Below, one piece after another: positions 46,824 through 50,941 of a stretch of 50,941 nt of DNA. This stretch comes from Deltaproteobacteria bacterium (GTDB lineage Bacteria; Myxococcota_A; UBA9160; SMWR01). The notes beneath the pieces were generated by a model. That model ran no database searches and was not told the DNA's origin. It saw nothing but the letters and a program-made list of their open reading frames with translations. How positions within the stretch are numbered: position 1 is the first letter of the stretch; each line of letters starts with the position of its first letter. Made by a program: the position numbers and the translations under genes. The stretch spans positions 1 through 50,941 of the forward strand of contig JAQBHB010000048.1 in assembly GCA_032128115.1 (NCBI GenBank), read 5' to 3'.

Positions 46824-47453
46824 ATGCGCCGAGTTCTTTTCATTCCCTGGCTGTGTGCCGCCCTGATCTGCGCCGGAGCGAGCCACGCGACCGTCATCCC
46901 CTACGAAGCCTCGGGAACCGTGAGCAGCGTGGGCGGCTCGATCACGAGCGTGAGCGCTGGCAACGCCTACAGCATCACGTTCATGATCGACGATTCGATC
47001 TCCGACGGGAACCCCAATCCGCTTGGGGGCTCCTACAGCGGAGCGGTTACGAGCTATTCCTTCACGGTCGGTGCCTACGCCGCTGCAGGCTCGACGGATC
47101 TCCAGATCCACGACGGACTCACGGCGAACGGGGATCAGATCCTGGTCGACGACTCCTCGCCAGGGGGGCCCCTGCTCGATGGGCTGGCTCCCAATGTGTT
47201 CAATCTGGTCCGGCTGTCGGACTTCACGGCCACGGCTCTTTCGAGTGACGCGATTCCGCCGCCGTCCACGGTGGGGTTCCCGTCGAATCCCAGCTGGACC
47301 TCGACCTACTTCTACCTCGCTTTCGGTGCGAGCAGCTTCGTCTCGGGCACGTTGACCCAGGTCCAGGTGGTGCCCGAGCCCTCGAGCGCCCTGCTCACTG
47401 CCTTCGGCATCGCAGGCCTCACCATTTGGAGACGGCGTCACGCCACTCGTTGA
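46824..47453 (+). CDS. PEP-CTERM sorting domain protein (Ser/Thr-rich, secreted)
   Basis: Signal peptide ..GASHA; C-terminal VPEPSSALLTAFGIAGLTIWRRR. Confidence 0.9.
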   Translation: MRRVLFIPWLCAALICAGASHATVIPYEASGTVSSVGGSITSVSAGNAYSITFMIDDSISDGNPNPLGGSYSGAVTSYSFTVGAYAAAGSTDLQIHDGLTANGDQILVDDSSPGGPLLDGLAPNVFNLVRLSDFTATALSSDAIPPPSTVGFPSNPSWTSTYFYLAFGASSFVSGTLTQVQVVPEPSSALLTAFGIAGLTIWRRRHATR

Positions 47454-47573
47454 CTCCTTCTCAGGCGGCCAGGTCGAAGGGCACGGAGCGCCGGGGACTG
47501 CGCGTGTCCGTCCGGGCTGCGACGCCCGATCTGGCCGGGTCCTTGAGGCGAATCCGGGAGACGGGTTTCGGGC

Positions 47574-47680
47574 GGGCTCCTCACAGCCGGGGTCCAGCTC
47601 GGCTACGTGAGCCGCCAACTCGGCCACGCGACCGTGGACGATACCGCTCGCCACTACGCTCGCTGGGCCGGCGGGGAACC
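47574..47680 (+). pseudogene. Tyrosine recombinase/integrase C-terminal remnant
   Basis: LLTAGVQLGYVSRQLGHATVDDTARHYARW (LGH...T..Y box II). Confidence 0.7.
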
Positions 47681-47904
47681 GGAGCCCGCTCGAGGACACC
47701 GCCGCCAGGGCCTGAAAAAGGAAAGCCCCCGGAACCGCGTCCGTAGACGATTCCGGCGGCAGCAGCCGGATGCAGCCAAGCCGGCAGCGAGAAGCACATG
47801 CACGCAGCCCCTTGCCTATCTCCCGAGACTAGGAACGAGTAGTGGCCACTATCCGTGAAGGGGGGGCCACCCGTCAAATCCTCCAGACTAAACAGGGCAG
47901 AGGT

Positions 47905-48060
47905 GCTCACGATGGCGGGTTCCAACAGAGGGTAGGGAAATACCAGACCGGACGGGTCATGAGCCTCTTCCAGGTCGCCTGGTCCGGGTTGGTTCCCTTC
48001 GGCGGCTTCGCCATGGGCGCGGCCACCGATCTGGCCGGTGTCACCGTCACCTCGCGGGCA
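47905..48060 (+). pseudogene. MFS transporter C-terminal fragment
   Basis: QQRVGKYQTGRVMSLFQVAWSGLVPFGGFAMG. Confidence 0.5.
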
Positions 48061-48142
48061 GCGCCGTCGCCTGCGCCGGAGTCGTCGTGTTCGTGATGAG
48101 CGGCGCGGAGCGCTGGAGCGCGCTCCGACGCGACCTGGCTGG

Positions 48143-49162
48143 CTAGGCCTTGCGTCCCTCGGTCGAGGTCCCGCGCAGCAGGTACTCGAGCAGGTCGACA
48201 CCGGTGAGGACACGCTTCTCGTCCGGCGTCCACAGCAGCACGATGTTCAGGTGCAGGGGCACCGGATCCTGCCGTCGCGAACGGAAGCGCAGCCTGCCCA
48301 GCACCGCTTCGAGCCGGGTGGCGGGGTCGGTCACGACCAGGGGCTCGTGGCAATAGCTCCGCGGCTCGACGGGGCCGTCCATCAGCACGGCGCGCAGGAA
48401 GGCATTCGCATTCAGCACCCGCCGCGGCTGGCCTGCCTCGTCGGTGATGACGATCCACTTGCGCCGCGAGCGTGCCACCGCTTGCAGGAAGGGATCCCTG
48501 GGCGTGCTTTCGAAATCGGGGAAGCGCACTTCGTCGCCCGCGAAGGGGAGGGCGAGGATCGATCCGGGATCGAGTGGCTCCGCCTCCTGTCCCACGCTGC
48601 GATCGTCCAGGGCCAGGAAGTTGAGCGCGCCGCGGCCCTCGACGTGCCCCACCTCGGAGTGGACGTCGTGAATGTGGAGCTCCAGCATCTCGCGCAGGTC
48701 GTGCTCGCGAAACAGGCCCGGTCCCTCCCGGCCCACCAGCCTGTCGAGCAGGCGCGCTGTCGGCCACGCCACCGGGAGCAGGATCATGCGGTAGAAGCGG
48801 ATGACCGGCGCCAACACCCCCCCGACGGCGTAGGCATGCCGCGCCATGTAGGCCTGGGGAACGATCTCCCCGAAGAGCGTGATGCCCACGGTGGATACGA
48901 CGAAGGCCAGCACACCGGTGAGGATCGAGTCGGCGAGCAGCGCCAGGAGCGTGTTGACCGCGACGTTGCCCCACAGGATCGTGGTGAGCAGCAGGTTGAA
49001 ATCCTCGCGCAGGGCGAGGATCCGCTCGGCACCCCGGTTCCCGCCGCGGGCGGCCACCTGGAGCCGCAGCCGGCTGGGCCCCAGCATGCCCAGATTCAGG
49101 CCGGAGAACATCGCCGATTGGCTCAAGCAGAGCACCATCCCCAACCAGATCCACCCGTCCAC
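48143..49162 (-). CDS. CNNM/DUF21-domain membrane protein
   Basis: SAMFSGLNLG, LLTTILWGNVAVN, LFGEIVPQA, LLPVAWP; degenerate CBS-like region. Confidence 0.85.
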   Translation of the reverse strand: MDGWIWLGMVLCLSQSAMFSGLNLGMLGPSRLRLQVAARGGNRGAERILALREDFNLLLTTILWGNVAVNTLLALLADSILTGVLAFVVSTVGITLFGEIVPQAYMARHAYAVGGVLAPVIRFYRMILLPVAWPTARLLDRLVGREGPGLFREHDLREMLELHIHDVHSEVGHVEGRGALNFLALDDRSVGQEAEPLDPGSILALPFAGDEVRFPDFESTPRDPFLQAVARSRRKWIVITDEAGQPRRVLNANAFLRAVLMDGPVEPRSYCHEPLVVTDPATRLEAVLGRLRFRSRRQDPVPLHLNIVLLWTPDEKRVLTGVDLLEYLLRGTSTEGRKA

Positions 49163-49302
49163 TCGCTCTCCTCGAATGACGCCACCCGCGCCCTGGCCAG
49201 TAGTATCCGGAAGCGGCGTCGCCCCGGCCATCCGGCGCTACGGCCTGTCGGTCCGGTCGCACCGATGCGGTGTCGACGCCCGCGAAGACGGGGAGGACAA
49301 AG

Positions 49303-49605
49303 GGTGCTTCAGGCATTCGTGTGGGTTGGTTTGAGAGAGTCCGGATACAGCTCAAGGTCGGCGAGGTGGAAGTGGATGGCGTTGTGGAATCGTTTCCGGT
49401 TCCGATCGCCGCATGCCATTCGCTTGATCCACTGGATCTTCGAGTTCAAGCCCTCGCTCCGGGCATGGGTGACGTTCGTCGTTGCCGCGTTGATCACGCC
49501 GTCCCAGGAGTACTTGATCAATCGGACAACGCGCTTGATCGCCCAGGCCCACGCCACCCGCAGCTGACTGCCGCGAAGCGAGGCGGACCCTTGATCTCGC
49601 TTGAA
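49303..49605 (-). mobile_element. Second, right-end partial copy of the ISL3 remnant, inverted relative to the first
   Basis: Near-identical to the reverse complement of 43632-43935, including the right IR. Confidence 0.85.
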
Positions 49606-49732
49606 GGGAGCGGCCACAGGTGGAACGTCGATCTCGCGTCCCCGAAGTATCGGCAGGTCCTGTGGACGTTTCCGGTCCGCTCCGCGTGCTCAATGACTCG
49701 CGCGAAACGGAAGTGAGTTCGGATCGGGACAT
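49606..49732 (-). pseudogene. IS481-like transposase N-terminal HTH remnant
   Basis: RVIEHAERTGNVHRTCRYFGDARSTFHLW. Confidence 0.6.
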
Positions 49733-49761
49733 TCTGCCCCGGTCGTGAACGCGACCGGGGG

Positions 49762-50941
49762 CTACCGGCGCAGCGCCGCAAACGCCTCGGGCGAGAAGCT
49801 GTCCACCTGGATGACCTCGGCTCGCGCCTCGTCCGCGTCGCGGATCCGCTTGCGCTCTTCGGCGTCGATAATCCCCGCTTCGAGAGCGCGGTCCGCCAGA
49901 ACGTCGCCGGGGGCGCGGTCGAGCCGGCCGGCGCGCACCGCGTCGCGGATCTTCGCTTCCACGCAGAGGGCATCGACGGCCTTGGCGAGCGCGGCCTCGA
50001 GGCGCCCGAGACCGGGCTCGTCGGCCGGCGGTCGGAAGATGTCGGCGGTGAGCGCTTCGCGCGCCTCCGCGTCGTCGAGGAGCGCCCGCGCCACGGCGCC
50101 GCCCTGCCGATCGGACGGGGGCCGCATCCGCTTGCCGAGCGGGAAGACGAGCGGGCGGAGCGCCCAGGCCGCGGGCCGGCTCGGCAGGTTGTCGAGCACG
50201 CCCGCCAGCGCCTGCTGGCTCTGGAAGAGGGCGTGCGCACAGGCCCACTCCACGAAGGGCAGGTCGCGCGCCGGCTGTCCGTCGTCGCAGAAGCGCTTGA
50301 CCGCGGCCGAGGCGAGGTAGGTCCACGCCAGAACGTCGGCGAGACGCCCGGTGATCTTCTCCCGGCGCTTGAGCTCCCCGCCGAGCGTGGCCATGCAGGC
50401 ATCCGAGACCAGCGCGAACGACGCACTCGTCCGGGTGAGACGCCCGAACCACCGCGCAGCCGGGCCGTCCACGGGCGCCCGAGCGACGCGCCCGTTGGTG
50501 AGACCGAGCACGAGTGAGCGCACGGCACTCGAGAAGACGAAGTTCACGTGCCCGAAGAAGGCGCGATCGAAGCGCGCGAGGTCGCCCGAGCCGACGGCCT
50601 CGATCTCCTCGAATGCGAAGGGATGGCAGCGGATCGCACCCTGTCCGTAGATGATCATCGAGCGCGTGAGGATGTTCGAGCCCTCGACCGTGATCCCGAT
50701 CGGCGCCGCCGCGTACGCGCGCGCCAGGATGTTGCGCGGGCCGCGGCAGATGGCCGAGCCGGCGCGGATATCCATGGCGTCGGTGACGACGGTCCGCATC
50801 CCCTCGGTGAGGTAGGCCTTTGCCACCGCCGACAGCACGGCGGGCTTCTCGCCCGCATCGACGGCGCCGGCCGTCAGCTCGCGCGCCGCGTTCATCATGT
50901 AGGTGAGGCCGCCGATGCGGGCGAGCGGCTCCTCGATCCCC
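49762..50941 (-). CDS. fadE: FadE-type acyl-CoA dehydrogenase (5' part outside the window)
   Basis: GIEEPLARIGG, DAMDI, PIGITVEGSNILTRSMIIYGQGAIRCHP, LGGELKRREKITGRLAD; DUF1974-like C-terminus. Confidence 0.9.
   Translation of the reverse strand, partial: GIEEPLARIGGLTYMMNAARELTAGAVDAGEKPAVLSAVAKAYLTEGMRTVVTDAMDIRAGSAICRGPRNILARAYAAAPIGITVEGSNILTRSMIIYGQGAIRCHPFAFEEIEAVGSGDLARFDRAFFGHVNFVFSSAVRSLVLGLTNGRVARAPVDGPAARWFGRLTRTSASFALVSDACMATLGGELKRREKITGRLADVLAWTYLASAAVKRFCDDGQPARDLPFVEWACAHALFQSQQALAGVLDNLPSRPAAWALRPLVFPLGKRMRPPSDRQGGAVARALLDDAEAREALTADIFRPPADEPGLGRLEAALAKAVDALCVEAKIRDAVRAGRLDRAPGDVLADRALEAGIIDAEERKRIRDADEARAEVIQVDSFSPEAFAALRR

Noticed and set aside
43936..47460. Integron cassette array
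   Set aside because: No convincing attC RYYYAAC/GTTRRRY pairs, mixed gene orientation and no intI
45954..49162. One split CNNM-CBS-CorC gene
   Set aside because: The DUF21 ORF has its own stop and plausible C-terminus; the CorC fragment is 2 kb away behind unrelated genes, so linkage is unsupported

Overview
GC-rich bacterial window. The first ~2.3 kb (RsaL-like HTH, aspartate kinase, tRNA-Ser(GCT)) looks betaproteobacterial. After a degenerate 9-bp microsatellite the gene content looks more deltaproteobacterial/Myxococcota-like: MinD/FlhG-HTH, lipid and acyl-CoA catabolism, ECF sigma with a double zinc-finger anti-sigma, a 2-oxoacid:ferredoxin oxidoreductase operon, a GGDEF/EAL protein and a hydantoinase/oxoprolinase-MaoC-CoA ligase operon. 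Three things stand out: (1) a SAM methyltransferase translationally coupled to a fused HgcAB-like corrinoid/membrane/ferredoxin protein, next to a His-rich EamA transporter; (2) a putative surface-glycosylation locus (28.9-39.1 kb) containing a bacterial protein with DPY19 (tryptophan C-mannosyltransferase)-like motifs, two more GT-C-like proteins, an SGNH enzyme and a type IV pilin with a Pro/Ser/Thr tail; (3) a more AT-rich gene pair encoding a glycosyltransferase-TPR-2OG-Fe(II) oxygenase fusion plus a stand-alone 2OG-Fe(II) oxygenase. 39-49.7 kb is a decayed accessory region with ISL3 and IS481 remnants and integrase, SpvB-like, CorC, MFS and PEP-CTERM fragments. All family calls come from recognising motifs by eye; no searches were run, and start codons are estimates.
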